64,000 bases of DNA from Candidatus Iainarchaeum sp. (GCA_017610175.1 JAFCCO010000002.1:1-64000); one strand, 5' to 3'. Counted from the stretch's first letter, positions 9,916 through 19,758 are shown. The notes: generated by a model not told the origin, from the letters alone. Numbers and translations are program-made.

Positions 9916-10385
9916 TCTGCCACCTCAATGCACGCAATTTCTTCAAGGACGCGCTCGTCCCACAAAATCATTGGTATGCTTTTGTCCAAGTTGCGCAGTT
10001 CTTTGAGAAGCGCCTCCTTCTTTTCAAGCGTATCTGCCCCGCAGGTTTTGTATGCTGCGGCAAATTTTGCGTATTTGCTTTTTGCCAAATCGGTGGAAAT
10101 GGTTGGCGGGGCAATTGCTGTCGGGGGTGCGTTTGAATAAATACTGTTAAGCAATTTCTCCACATTACCCATTCTTTCTTCAAACAGTTCCTCACATTCA
10201 GTAACTTTTTTTCCGTCCGTATCGCAGGCTGTTGGCTCTTCAGTTGGTTGGGCCTGCTCTGGTGCAATGGGTTCTGTTTCATCGTCGGCTGCCGGTTGGT
10301 TAAGGGCTAGAACAAGAATTAACAGTGCAATAACGGCCGCGGCAAAAACCAGAGGTATTTTCTGATTTATCATTTTATTGTTCAT
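9912..10385 (-). CDS. Membrane-anchored hypothetical protein
   Basis: N-terminal TM, P/E/Q linker, four Cys; 4-nt overlap with the surface protein gene. Confidence 0.6.
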   Translation of the reverse strand: MNNKMINQKIPLVFAAAVIALLILVLALNQPAADDETEPIAPEQAQPTEEPTACDTDGKKVTECEELFEERMGNVEKLLNSIYSNAPPTAIAPPTISTDLAKSKYAKFAAAYKTCGADTLEKKEALLKELRNLDKSIPMILWDERVLEEIACIEVAE

Positions 10386-10443
10386 TTTTTTCGTTAAGTT
10401 TATTGCTTAACTTGTTTTTATAGCTTTATAGGGGGGGGTGTGT

Positions 10444-11724
10444 TTAGAGCACTTGCCGTCCTGCCACAAATACCTTTTCAACCGCGCCCTTCAGTTTCCA
10501 TGTTGCAAACGGGCTCCAGTTGCATTTTGTTTGAAGCGTTCCGTTTTTTATTGTGTGAACCTTTCCAAGGTCAATTAGTGTTAGGTCTGCGTGCATTCCT
10601 TTCCTTATATCTCCCCTGTTTTCAAGGCTGTAAAGTTTTGCGGGGTTTTTGCAGCATAACTCTGCCACGCGGTGCAGGGTTATTTTCTCCCGGTTAACTG
10701 CGTCAAGCAGGAGGGGGAGCATTGTTTCAATTCCGGGGACTCCGCTTGGTGCCTCCCAGTATGGCTTGTCCTTTTCGGCTTTAGTGTGCGGGGCGTGGTC
10801 GGTTGCAATTAGGTCAATTGTCCCGTCACCAATTCCTTTCCAAAGCGCGTTAACGTCTTCCCTGCTTTTGAGTGAGGGATTCATCTTTGCATAGTTTCCG
10901 AGCTTTTCGGTTGCGCTCTCGTCAAGGAAAAGGTGGTGCGGCGTTGCCTCGCATGTAATCGGCCTTTCCTGCTTCTTTGCCTCGCGCACGAGCTTTAGCC
11001 CCTCTTTTGTGCTTACGTGGCAGAAGTGAATCTTGTTCCCTGTTTTTTCCTGAATTCTTAGCGCGTGCTTTATTGCTGTTGCCTCTGCCTCGTTGCTTCT
11101 GATTTTGCTGTGGTAGCGCGCGTGTTTCCAGCCAATGCTTTTTGCGCTTTCTGAATTTTCCAGAATCGTGTCTTCGTCCTCTGCATGTATTGTAACAATT
11201 GCGTCTCTTTTTTTTGCGATTGAAAAAATTTCGGAGAGTTTTGACTCGTCAGTAATTAGCAAATTGCCTGTGCTGCTTCCCATAAACACCTTGAAGGACG
11301 CGGCGCCTTCAACGGTTTTTAAGGCCTCCATATTTTCATTGCTTCCGCCAAAATGGAATGCGTAGTTGCAGATGCTGTTTTTCTTTGCAATCCTGTTTTT
11401 TTCCGCAAGCGCCTCAATTGTTGTGCAGCTTGGGTTGTTGTTTGGCATGTCAATTACTGTTGTGACCCCGCCGGCTATTGCCGCCCTGCTTCCTGTGTTC
11501 CAGTCTTCCTTGTGTTCCGAGCCCGGAACACGGAAGTGAACGTGTGCGTCAATAAGTCCGGGCATTAAAATTTTTCCTTCGCAGTCAATTCTTTTGAGTG
11601 AAGGAAGTTTTGCGTTCAGGTCTGCAATTTCCTTAATTTTTCCGTTTTCAAGCAGAAGCTGTTTTGGAACAAGCCTGCTTGCGGTCATCACCAAACAATT
11701 GTCAAGCAGCAAGGCCATCAGCAT
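10444..11724 (-). CDS. pyrC: Dihydroorotase
   Basis: PGLIDAHVHFRVPG, DMPNN.P, KMNP.L, ATDHAPH, PSGVPGIET. Confidence 0.93.
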   Translation of the reverse strand: MLMALLLDNCLVMTASRLVPKQLLLENGKIKEIADLNAKLPSLKRIDCEGKILMPGLIDAHVHFRVPGSEHKEDWNTGSRAAIAGGVTTVIDMPNNNPSCTTIEALAEKNRIAKKNSICNYAFHFGGSNENMEALKTVEGAASFKVFMGSSTGNLLITDESKLSEIFSIAKKRDAIVTIHAEDEDTILENSESAKSIGWKHARYHSKIRSNEAEATAIKHALRIQEKTGNKIHFCHVSTKEGLKLVREAKKQERPITCEATPHHLFLDESATEKLGNYAKMNPSLKSREDVNALWKGIGDGTIDLIATDHAPHTKAEKDKPYWEAPSGVPGIETMLPLLLDAVNREKITLHRVAELCCKNPAKLYSLENRGDIRKGMHADLTLIDLGKVHTIKNGTLQTKCNWSPFATWKLKGAVEKVFVAGRQVL

Positions 11725-12548
11725 TGCCTCCAGTCTGCGTATTCCTTTAATGAAACCTCAAGCCCTGACTTAAGCCTTGCGATGTTTCCAAATTCGCTGC
11801 TTTTTGCAAGAACCTCTCCGCTGAATATTGGTCCGTCCTTGCAGATTAGAAGCTCGTTCATTGCGCACTGCCCGCATACGCCGAACCCGCATCTCATGTA
11901 CCTTTCCAGTGAGAGCTGGCATTTTACGCCTGCTTTCTCGCACATTCCGAGCACTGCTTTGAGCATTATCTCCGGTCCGCAGGAGAAAACCATTTCCGGC
12001 TTCTCTTTTGCAATCTGTTCCCCAAGCACTGTTGTTGTAAATCCTTTTGTGCCGGCGCTCCCGTCATCTGTTGTTATGTATAAGTTATCGCCTAGTTTCT
12101 CTTTCATTTCCGATTCAAACAGCAGCCCGCTTTTGTTCTGTGCACCCATCACAAGCCTTGTTTCAATTCCGTCTGCAATGCACTTGTCCACAAGCGGTCT
12201 TATTGGTGCGGTGCCGCATCCGCCGGCAACAATTATCGCGCTTTTAATTCCCTCTGTGCTATAACCGTTTCCGTATGGCCCGCGAACCCCAATTTGTTTT
12301 CCCTCCGGAATTGAGCAAATTGATTCGCTCCATTTTCCCTTGCACTGCACTGTAATTCCAATCTCTTTTTCCGATATTTTTGAGAGTGAAATAGGCTTTT
12401 CATCAATTTCGGGGAGCCACACCATTAGGAACTGCCCTGGTTTTGCTTTTGATGCCTTGTCAAATTCAAAGTAATAGGTCCGGTGCCTTTCGTTTTCGCG
12501 CTCTATGCGCTTTAGCTTAACCATCACGGGTTTTTCCACCATTTTCAC
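11718..12548 (-). CDS. pyrK: Dihydroorotate dehydrogenase electron transfer subunit
   Basis: PGQFLMVW, RGPYGNG, CGPE, ERYMRCGFGVCGQC...CKDGP. Confidence 0.93.
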   Translation of the reverse strand: MKMVEKPVMVKLKRIERENERHRTYYFEFDKASKAKPGQFLMVWLPEIDEKPISLSKISEKEIGITVQCKGKWSESICSIPEGKQIGVRGPYGNGYSTEGIKSAIIVAGGCGTAPIRPLVDKCIADGIETRLVMGAQNKSGLLFESEMKEKLGDNLYITTDDGSAGTKGFTTTVLGEQIAKEKPEMVFSCGPEIMLKAVLGMCEKAGVKCQLSLERYMRCGFGVCGQCAMNELLICKDGPIFSGEVLAKSSEFGNIARLKSGLEVSLKEYADWRQC

Positions 12549-13174
12549 GCCCCCATTTTCTCCAGCAGTGCGGGCAATTCTCCCACATCATCTATTATGT
12601 AATCAGGGTTCTCTGCCTCAAGCTTTTCCCTTGAATCGTATCCACTCAAAACAGCAACGCTTTTTACTCCCGCAAGCTTTGCTGTTTCAATGTCGTGGCA
12701 CATGTCCCCGACATAAATGCTGTTTTCCCTTTCAATTTCGTGGGATGCAATAAGCTCTTCAATTTTTTCCCTTTTGTCTGCGTTGCTTGCGTTTACCGCA
12801 TCAATCAACTCCTTGAATCCGTATTCCTCAATTTCCTTTTCAAGAAGGTTCTGGTTGTGCGCGCTGAAAATCAGTATTTTTTTGCCCTCGCCTTTTAGCT
12901 TTGCCAGCACTTCCTTTGCTGAGGGGAATGGCTTTAGCATATGTGCGTGTTTTGGAAAAATCTTTTCCCACAGCGCGTATTCCTTTTTCTCGTCAATTTC
13001 AACGCCCAGCTTATTGTAGAAATTTATCCAGGGTAGTTCATAGAGTTCCCTGAATTCCTTTTCGCTTAATCTCCTGTGCCCCCATACCTCAAGCACGTCG
13101 TTTCCTGTTGCAAAGGTTGCCGCCCAGTCGTCGCTTAAAATCCCGCTCCAGTCAAATATTATTGAGTTAATCAT
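12545..13174 (-). CDS. HAD-family hydrolase inside the pyr cluster
   Basis: IIFDWSG motif I and YVGDMCHDIETAK motif IV; overlaps pyrD and pyrK. Confidence 0.8.
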   Translation of the reverse strand: MINSIIFDWSGILSDDWAATFATGNDVLEVWGHRRLSEKEFRELYELPWINFYNKLGVEIDEKKEYALWEKIFPKHAHMLKPFPSAKEVLAKLKGEGKKILIFSAHNQNLLEKEIEEYGFKELIDAVNASNADKREKIEELIASHEIERENSIYVGDMCHDIETAKLAGVKSVAVLSGYDSREKLEAENPDYIIDDVGELPALLEKMGA

Positions 13175-14078
13175 GAACCACCCCAACCAACTCACCTATG
13201 TTTTCAACATTGTGTTCCTTCATCCAGTGCTGCATTTCATCTGCAACAAGCTTGAATGCATTTATTCCGCGGTAGTGTGTTGCTGTTCCCATTCCAACAG
13301 CTGTTGCCCCTGCCATCATCATTTCGATTGCGTCGGTTCCGTTTGTGATTCCACCCATTCCAAGAATAGGGATGCTTACTGCCTCGTAAATTTGGTAAAC
13401 GCACCTGAGCGCAATCGGCTTTATTGCAGGCCCTGAGACTCCGCCGAATTTGTTTGCAAGAACCGGCTTTCTTGCATCCGCATCTATAAGCATTCCGGGG
13501 CCAAGTGTGTTGATTGCGCATATTGCGTTTGCCCCCGCTTTTTCACAGGATCTTGCAATTTCCGCAATGTTGTTTGCCTGCGGTGTAAGTTTTGGCATTA
13601 CCTTTATTTTGCCCGCAATCTTGTTTACTGCCTCAACAACCTCTGCGGCTGTTTCTGCGTTGCATCCAAAAATTTGGCCCTCTTTTTTTGTGTTCGGGCA
13701 GCTGATGTTGATTTCAATTATTGACGGCTCATACCCTACAATTCCCTCTGTGACCTTTTCAAATTCCTCAATGCTTGCCCCATAAATGCTTACAATAACA
13801 GGGCTTTCACAGTCCTCCAGTTGCTTGAATTCATTCTCCATATTCTTGTATCCGGGGCTTGGGAGCCCAACCGCATTAATCAGCCCGTGTTCCCACTCCA
13901 AAACAGTGGGGTTGCTGTGGCCCTGCTTTTCCTTTGGGCCGATGCTTTTCATTGTTACGGCACCCGCTCCCTCTCTTGCGACCCTTTTAAGCAGTTCGGC
14001 ATTGACTCCCAGGATTCCTGAGGCAAGAACGGTCGGGTTTTTCATCTTTATTCCGCAGAATTCTATTTCCATTAACAT
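13167..14078 (-). CDS. pyrD: Dihydroorotate dehydrogenase family 1B, catalytic subunit
   Basis: NP.VLASG, INAVGL, EINISCPN, KLTP, GGVSGPAIKP. Confidence 0.95.
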   Translation of the reverse strand: MLMEIEFCGIKMKNPTVLASGILGVNAELLKRVAREGAGAVTMKSIGPKEKQGHSNPTVLEWEHGLINAVGLPSPGYKNMENEFKQLEDCESPVIVSIYGASIEEFEKVTEGIVGYEPSIIEINISCPNTKKEGQIFGCNAETAAEVVEAVNKIAGKIKVMPKLTPQANNIAEIARSCEKAGANAICAINTLGPGMLIDADARKPVLANKFGGVSGPAIKPIALRCVYQIYEAVSIPILGMGGITNGTDAIEMMMAGATAVGMGTATHYRGINAFKLVADEMQHWMKEHNVENIGELVGVVHD

Positions 14079-14082
14079 TTGC

Positions 14083-14541
14083 TCACCTTATTGCGTTAAA
14101 TATTTCTGATTCGCTCATCTGCTTTTCGCAGTAGAAGCATTTTGCTTTCAGCGGCTTTTTGCTGATTGAGAATTTGCTGTTAAGATTTTCAACTGTTGAA
14201 ATGCACTTTGGGTTCATGCATTTGATGAGTCCGTCTGCGTGGTCGGGCATTACAATCTCTTCTTTTTTCTTGACCTTGCTGTTTTCGATTAGGTTAACCG
14301 TTGCCCCTGCGGCAATCAACCCAATTTTATCCGTCTCCTCAGGGCTCAATTCCTTTCCCTCAATAAACACAAGGTCCTTTTTTCCGGACCTTTTGCTTTC
14401 TGTGTTTATTGCAACAGTTACGGCTTCCTCCGGTTTTTCCAAATCCAAAATTTCAAGGATTTTCAGTGCGCTTCCCGCGGGCAGGTGATCAAGCACGGTG
14501 CCGTTTGCAATCGGGATTAGCCTGATGTCATCCCTGTTCAT
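14083..14541 (-). CDS. pyrI: Aspartate carbamoyltransferase regulatory subunit
   Basis: I.NGTVLDHLPAG, CMNPKCIS, CFYCE. Confidence 0.95.
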   Translation of the reverse strand: MNRDDIRLIPIANGTVLDHLPAGSALKILEILDLEKPEEAVTVAINTESKRSGKKDLVFIEGKELSPEETDKIGLIAAGATVNLIENSKVKKKEEIVMPDHADGLIKCMNPKCISTVENLNSKFSISKKPLKAKCFYCEKQMSESEIFNAIR

Positions 14542-15464
14542 TTTTTCACATCCTTAAGCATGTTCAATAATGCCTGCCTCACAGGCACTCCGTTTTTTGC
14601 CTGTTCAAAGTAGAGTGCGGCGTCAGTTGAGTCAAGGTCGGTTTTGATTTCGTTTATGCGTGGCAGCGGGTGCATTACCCTAAAGCCCTTTTTTGTGCTC
14701 TTGAGAATTTCCTTTCCAAGAATGTAAACGTTCTTTATCTGCTCGTATTCAAACTCGTCCACAAACCTTTCCTTCTGGATTCTTGTAACATAAAGCACGT
14801 CAAGCTCCGGCAAAAATTCATTCACATTCTCTGTTTCCTTAATGCCAATAGTTGATTTTGTTTCCTCAACCATCTGGTTTGGCATCTTGAGGCTTTCGGG
14901 CGCAATAAGCCTTACTTTCACGTCCTTGAATTTTGACAGCGCATAAAGCAGGCTGTGAACCGTTCGCCCATACTTTAGGTCCCCGAGCATTCCTATTGTT
15001 AGCCCGTCAATTTTTCCAAACTGTTTTTGGATTGTGTAAAGGTCAAGCAGTGTTTGCGTCGGGTGCTGGTTTGCCCCGTCGCCCCCGTTGAGAACCGGCT
15101 TCGAACTTGTTTCAGCGGCCCTTCTCGCCGCCCCCTCAATGCTGTGTCTCATTACAATCAGGTCTGCGTATCCCGCAACCATTGTGATTGTGTCGCTTAG
15201 GGTCTCCCCTTTCTTGGTTGAGGAAACCTTTGCATTGGAGAAGCCGATAACGCGCCCTCCAAGTGTCTGGATTGCTGTTTCAAACGAAAGCCTTGTTCTT
15301 GTGCTTGGCTCAAAGAAAAGGGATGCAACCACTTTGCCCTCCAAGAGCTTTGCTTTTTCAGACAAAGGCATTTTTTCCATTCTTGCGGCCTCTTTGAGAA
15401 CCGCCTCTATGTCTTTTCTGGAAAAATCAGAAATACTTACAACATCTGTTAGTTTGGATTCCAA
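14538..15464 (-). CDS. pyrB: Aspartate carbamoyltransferase catalytic subunit
   Basis: FFEPSTRTRLSFE, QHPTQTLLD, MHPLPR. Confidence 0.97.
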   Translation of the reverse strand: MESKLTDVVSISDFSRKDIEAVLKEAARMEKMPLSEKAKLLEGKVVASLFFEPSTRTRLSFETAIQTLGGRVIGFSNAKVSSTKKGETLSDTITMVAGYADLIVMRHSIEGAARRAAETSSKPVLNGGDGANQHPTQTLLDLYTIQKQFGKIDGLTIGMLGDLKYGRTVHSLLYALSKFKDVKVRLIAPESLKMPNQMVEETKSTIGIKETENVNEFLPELDVLYVTRIQKERFVDEFEYEQIKNVYILGKEILKSTKKGFRVMHPLPRINEIKTDLDSTDAALYFEQAKNGVPVRQALLNMLKDVKK

Positions 15465-15494
15465 TCAAACCCGCTAACAAATGAATTGAATAAT

Positions 15495-16046
15495 CTATTT
15501 AAAGCTACTGGTAGGCTTTAGTTTTCCCTTAACAATGTTCCCAAAATCGGCTATTGTGGCAACAACCTTTCCGCTTTTCGGATCGATTGTGGGAAAGAAG
15601 GAATCCACTAAAATGGCAAAGCCATTATTGACCCCTATCCTAACTTGCCTTATTATGTCCTTCCAGAATTCCCGCTCCTGGGCTTTGGTCATTTCCTCAA
15701 CTATTTTGATTTTTGTGCTCAAAAGCGATGGCTTGCCAACCAAGTTTTCCTTTATGCGCAGGGTAGCCGGAAGCCTTAGCCCAAGTTTTTTTTGCCTGTT
15801 GAGCCTGATCAATTCACTGACCACTGCAAACTGCTTTCTGGGGTCTCCAAGTGAGCGCTTGTTGAATTTTTTCCTGAAAAACTTTTTCTCAACAAGTGTT
15901 GCAGCCCTTTTTCGCCTTCCTTTCCTAATCTTGATTTGGACTTCGTGCACTTTTCCCTCTTTGCCTTTGCCAATTTTTCTTCCTCGCTTCACTCTTGCCC
16001 TGACTACGGCGCCTTTCCCCTTTCCCGCTCGCTTTAGCACAACCAT
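15495..16046 (-). CDS. Highly basic protein with degenerate protein-kinase-like motifs
   Basis: IGKGKEGKV (Gly loop), LVEKK and IADFG in kinase order; very K/R-rich. Confidence 0.5.
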   Translation of the reverse strand: MVVLKRAGKGKGAVVRARVKRGRKIGKGKEGKVHEVQIKIRKGRRKRAATLVEKKFFRKKFNKRSLGDPRKQFAVVSELIRLNRQKKLGLRLPATLRIKENLVGKPSLLSTKIKIVEEMTKAQEREFWKDIIRQVRIGVNNGFAILVDSFFPTIDPKSGKVVATIADFGNIVKGKLKPTSSFK

Positions 16047-16225
16047 TTCAAAAAACCCATGTTATGTAGATTTGCTTTTTTCTGCCGTTTTATCCACGTC
16101 ATTTTTGGAATTACTTTTTAAACTCTTTGATGCCATTAATTCTACTGCCTTAGGTGCAGCGACTTAGTCTTGCCATCTTAGGATAAAAATATTATATTGA
16201 AAGAATAATATAAGGGTTGTGGGGG

Positions 16226-17377
16226 ATGAAAGCCATGGAAAGTATTGTCAAAAAAGCCGTCAAAAGGGCAAGAATTGTTAGCGCAAAAAAGGAAGTTACC
16301 GAAAAAAAGCGCAAAACGTCAAAGGCTTCAATCGATAATGATGAGGACCTTGTTAAATTACTTGAAACAGCACAGGCAAAAATTCGCGTTGTCGGAGTCG
16401 GCGGCGGTGGCGGAAACACAATCACCAGAATGACCGAAGTTGGAATTACCGGTGCTGAAACAATTGCAGTTAACACCGATGCACAGGATCTTTTGAAGAC
16501 AACTGCTGACAAGAAAATTTTGGTTGGAAGGGAACTTACCCGCGGACTTGGTTCAGGTTCAGACCCAAGTGTTGGGGAGAGTGCAGCAAGGGAATCTCTT
16601 GAGGACCTTACAGCACTTATAGGTGATTCAGACCTTATTTTTATCACATGCGGAATGGGTGGCGGAACAGGAACCGGTGCTGCACCAATCATTTCGGAAA
16701 TTGCAAAAGAAATAAAGGCCTTAACAATTGGAATTGTCACCCTCCCTTTTACCGTTGAAGGCAGGAAAAGGATGGAGAACGCCTTCAATGGCTTAGCTAA
16801 CTTAAGAAAGCACACGGACACAGTTATTGTCATCCCAAACGACAAGATTCTTGAGATCGCACCTGATCTTCCCGTTAACGCGGCATTCAAGGTTGCGGAC
16901 GAGGTTCTCACAAATGCTGTGAAAGGAATAACCGAAATGGTTACCAAGCCGGGGCTGATTAACCTTGACTACGCGGACTTAAGAACAATCCTTTCAAGGG
17001 GCGGAGCTGCAATGATTGGCCTTGGAGAAAGCAGGGGAGACGAAAAGGGCGAGGCAAGGGCACTTGAGGCCGTTGAAAACGCTCTTACAAGCCCGTTGCT
17101 TGATGTTGACATCAGCGGTGCAAACCGTGCCTTGATTAACGTAATTGGCGGAAGCGACATGACTTTGCGTGAGGCAGAGATGATTGTTGAAACCGTTTCG
17201 GCAAAGATTAGCGGCGAAGCGCACATCATCTGGGGTGCAATGATTGACGAGGAACTCCCGCGAAACCAAATTCAGGCAATGGTTGTAATTGCCGGCGGAA
17301 AGTTTCCTTACCTGGACGATGTTGACAAGATGGATTTGTCAGAGCCAATCGATTTGGGAATTGAATTTACAGGCTGA
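16226..17377 (+). CDS. ftsZ: Cell division protein FtsZ
   Basis: VVGVGGGGGN, GMGGGTGTG, GLINLDYAD. Confidence 0.97.
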   Translation: MKAMESIVKKAVKRARIVSAKKEVTEKKRKTSKASIDNDEDLVKLLETAQAKIRVVGVGGGGGNTITRMTEVGITGAETIAVNTDAQDLLKTTADKKILVGRELTRGLGSGSDPSVGESAARESLEDLTALIGDSDLIFITCGMGGGTGTGAAPIISEIAKEIKALTIGIVTLPFTVEGRKRMENAFNGLANLRKHTDTVIVIPNDKILEIAPDLPVNAAFKVADEVLTNAVKGITEMVTKPGLINLDYADLRTILSRGGAAMIGLGESRGDEKGEARALEAVENALTSPLLDVDISGANRALINVIGGSDMTLREAEMIVETVSAKISGEAHIIWGAMIDEELPRNQIQAMVVIAGGKFPYLDDVDKMDLSEPIDLGIEFTG

Positions 17378-17442
17378 CTGCAGCCTTTTTCTTCTTTTCC
17401 CTTTCTTATTTCTTTATTAATTGGCTTAATTAGTGGTGTAAA

Positions 17443-17625
17443 ATGATTGAAGTGATGGAAAAAGTAAACCAGTTTATCTCAGGCGCAAAGCGTGTTCTTG
17501 TAATTTCAAGAAAGCCAACGATGACCGAATACACAACAATGGCAAAGGTAACGGGTTTGGGAATTCTGGTTATTTCAATTCTTGCCTACTTAGTTTACCT
17601 GTTCTTTGCATTCACAGGGCTATAA
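17443..17625 (+). CDS. secE: Protein translocase SecE/Sec61-gamma
   Basis: RVLVISRKPT..EY...AKVTGLG followed by a TM; ftsZ-secE-spt5 synteny. Confidence 0.92.
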   Translation: MIEVMEKVNQFISGAKRVLVISRKPTMTEYTTMAKVTGLGILVISILAYLVYLFFAFTGL

Positions 17626-17691
17626 ACAACCAATTTTCTTTTGCCTTTTTTTTTGCATTCCTTTTAAAACATCGGAACAGACTATTCTTTT

Positions 17692-18420
17692 ATGGCAGAG
17701 CACGAAATTGTTTTGGCTGGAGTTCGCCACTTCCCAACCGAACTCGAGGAAACAAAGAAACTTGTTTCAAAGCATGCAAAGGGCAACAAGACAATTGCAT
17801 TGGAGGGAATTTACCACCCCCGTGATGAACTGATTAACGAATTTGTTTCGTCCGGAAGCAAGGGGGATCTGGAAATGCTTGACCAGTTTCTGGAGCACGC
17901 TCCCTCATCAACCTTTTGGAATGAGGTCGCGGTTCACGCCGCAAAACGCGGGCTCAAAGTTGTTTCAATCGATTCAACCCATGCGGTTTCAAGCTCAAGC
18001 GCAATGTTGCGGCGTGCTGAAAAAATTTCAAAAACACTTGCGCTGGTTTTGGAGCGGATGAAGGCACCAAAAATTAAGAAGTCAAGGCTTAAGTTTTTTA
18101 AAAAGTATTCCGCCAGGCTAAGGCGCGAAATAGCCAAGATGCAGCGCGGGACGGAAATTATTGCAGGGCCTTTACGCGATGAATTCATGGTAAGGCAAAT
18201 TCGCAGGAAAAAGCCCGACCTTGTTTTTGTCGGGCAGGGCCACACTTATGCAATTGCAAAAGCAATTCCTGTGCGCGAAAGGTTTGCAATTCTTGGCCCG
18301 CGCAATGTAAGGCACGAGCTTTACAGGACCAGGGCAAGAATGGCGCTGCGAAGGGCACAACTCAGGGTTCATCGCTTTACGCGTTTTGCAAGAAGAATTC
18401 GCCGCGGCAAAAAGGCCTGA
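17692..18420 (+). CDS. TraB/TIKI/EreA-like fold protein with Arg-rich C-terminal tail
   Basis: LAGVRH, IALEG, VSIDS, RDEFM and VFVGQGH in the order of TraB/ChaN/EreA-type catalytic motifs. Confidence 0.5.
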   Translation: MAEHEIVLAGVRHFPTELEETKKLVSKHAKGNKTIALEGIYHPRDELINEFVSSGSKGDLEMLDQFLEHAPSSTFWNEVAVHAAKRGLKVVSIDSTHAVSSSSAMLRRAEKISKTLALVLERMKAPKIKKSRLKFFKKYSARLRREIAKMQRGTEIIAGPLRDEFMVRQIRRKKPDLVFVGQGHTYAIAKAIPVRERFAILGPRNVRHELYRTRARMALRRAQLRVHRFTRFARRIRRGKKA

Positions 18421-18511
18421 GGCAAGGGTTTAAGCAAATGCTTTAAAAGCTTTCACTTGCAGAGTATACTATAACCTAAGCACTTTTTAGCTGTTTTTTA
18501 GGTGATTTTAA

Positions 18512-18952
18512 ATGATTTTTCCGGTGAGAACAACTGTTGGTCAGGAAAGCCTTGTCGTAGACATAATGACCAGCAAGACCAAAGACGATACCGTTCAGGT
18601 TTACAGCATTGCTGTAATTCCGGGGCTCAAGGGATATATTTTGATTGAAGCTCAGGACGAGCTTACTGTTAGGCATGCGCTTGCAAGCACCCCCCACATC
18701 AAAGGGCAGGGAATTGTAAAGGGTGCGGTTAAAATTGAGGAACTCAGTTTATTGCTTGAATCAAAGCCTTTAATGAAGGCAATTGAAGAGGGAGCAAAGA
18801 TTGAGCTTATTTCAGGACCCTTCAAGGGAGAGAAAGCAAAGGTAATTCGTGTAAACGACACAAAGGAAGAGGTTACAGTTGAACTCCTTGAGGCAGCGGT
18901 TAAGATTCCTGTTACCACTAAAGCGGAAAACATCCGCATTATAAAAGAATAA
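18512..18952 (+). CDS. spt5: Transcription elongation factor Spt5/NusG
   Basis: VRTTVGQE, LKGYILIEA, KOW motif ELISGPFKGEKAKV. Confidence 0.96.
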   Translation: MIFPVRTTVGQESLVVDIMTSKTKDDTVQVYSIAVIPGLKGYILIEAQDELTVRHALASTPHIKGQGIVKGAVKIEELSLLLESKPLMKAIEEGAKIELISGPFKGEKAKVIRVNDTKEEVTVELLEAAVKIPVTTKAENIRIIKE

Positions 18953-18972
18953 AAAAATGAAATGGTGTTTTT

Positions 18973-19668
18973 ATGGCAGAGATAAGCGTTTTGATTGAGG
19001 CAGGAAAAGCAACGGCGGCAGCCCCCTTGGGACCCGCTCTTGGGCCGTTAGGAGTGGACATTGGAAGCATTGTCAACCAGATTAACGACAAAACCAAGGC
19101 ATACTCCGGAATGAAGGTTCCAGTAAAGATTGTTATTGACAGCTCAAAAAATGTTGAAATTGAGATTGGAAGCCCTCCAACAAGCGCTTTAATCAAGAAA
19201 GAGCTTGGATTGCAAAAAGGGTCAGACAACCCAAAGACCACCTTTGTTGGTAACATGTCAATGGACCAGGTCAAAAACGTTGCCGAAATGAAGCTCGACA
19301 ACCTTATTTCATACACCTTGAAAAGTGCAATGAAGGAAGTTATTGGAACATGCAACTCTCTTGGAATCACAATTGACGGAAAGCCTGCAAAGCAGGTTCA
19401 AAGGGCAATAAGGCACGGTGAATACTCTTCATACTTTGAGGGGCTCGGAGAAAAGGGTTCAGAGGAAATCTCAGAGGAAGAGGCAAAAAAGGACGCCATA
19501 GCCGAGGAAGACGAAAGATCTGTGAAGGAAAGGCAGGAATACCTTGAAAAGCACCCTGATCTGAAGGCCGCGGAAGAAAAGGCAGAAGCAGAGGAAAAGG
19601 CAGAAGCCCAGGAAGAGAAGGAAAAGCCTGCCGAAGCCAAGGAAGAGAAGAAAGAAGAGAAAAAGTAA
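18973..19668 (+). CDS. rpl11: 50S ribosomal protein uL11 with acidic C-terminal extension
   Basis: GKATAAAPLGPALGPLG, PPTSALIKKE, GTCNSLG. Confidence 0.95.
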   Translation: MAEISVLIEAGKATAAAPLGPALGPLGVDIGSIVNQINDKTKAYSGMKVPVKIVIDSSKNVEIEIGSPPTSALIKKELGLQKGSDNPKTTFVGNMSMDQVKNVAEMKLDNLISYTLKSAMKEVIGTCNSLGITIDGKPAKQVQRAIRHGEYSSYFEGLGEKGSEEISEEEAKKDAIAEEDERSVKERQEYLEKHPDLKAAEEKAEAEEKAEAQEEKEKPAEAKEEKKEEKK

Positions 19669-19758
19669 GTTATTTAAAGGTTTATTTAAAAGAGTTAATA
19701 AGAAAGAAGCCTAATTTTTTTTAGGCCGCAATTACCAGCTTTGCTGGGAGGTTTTAAG

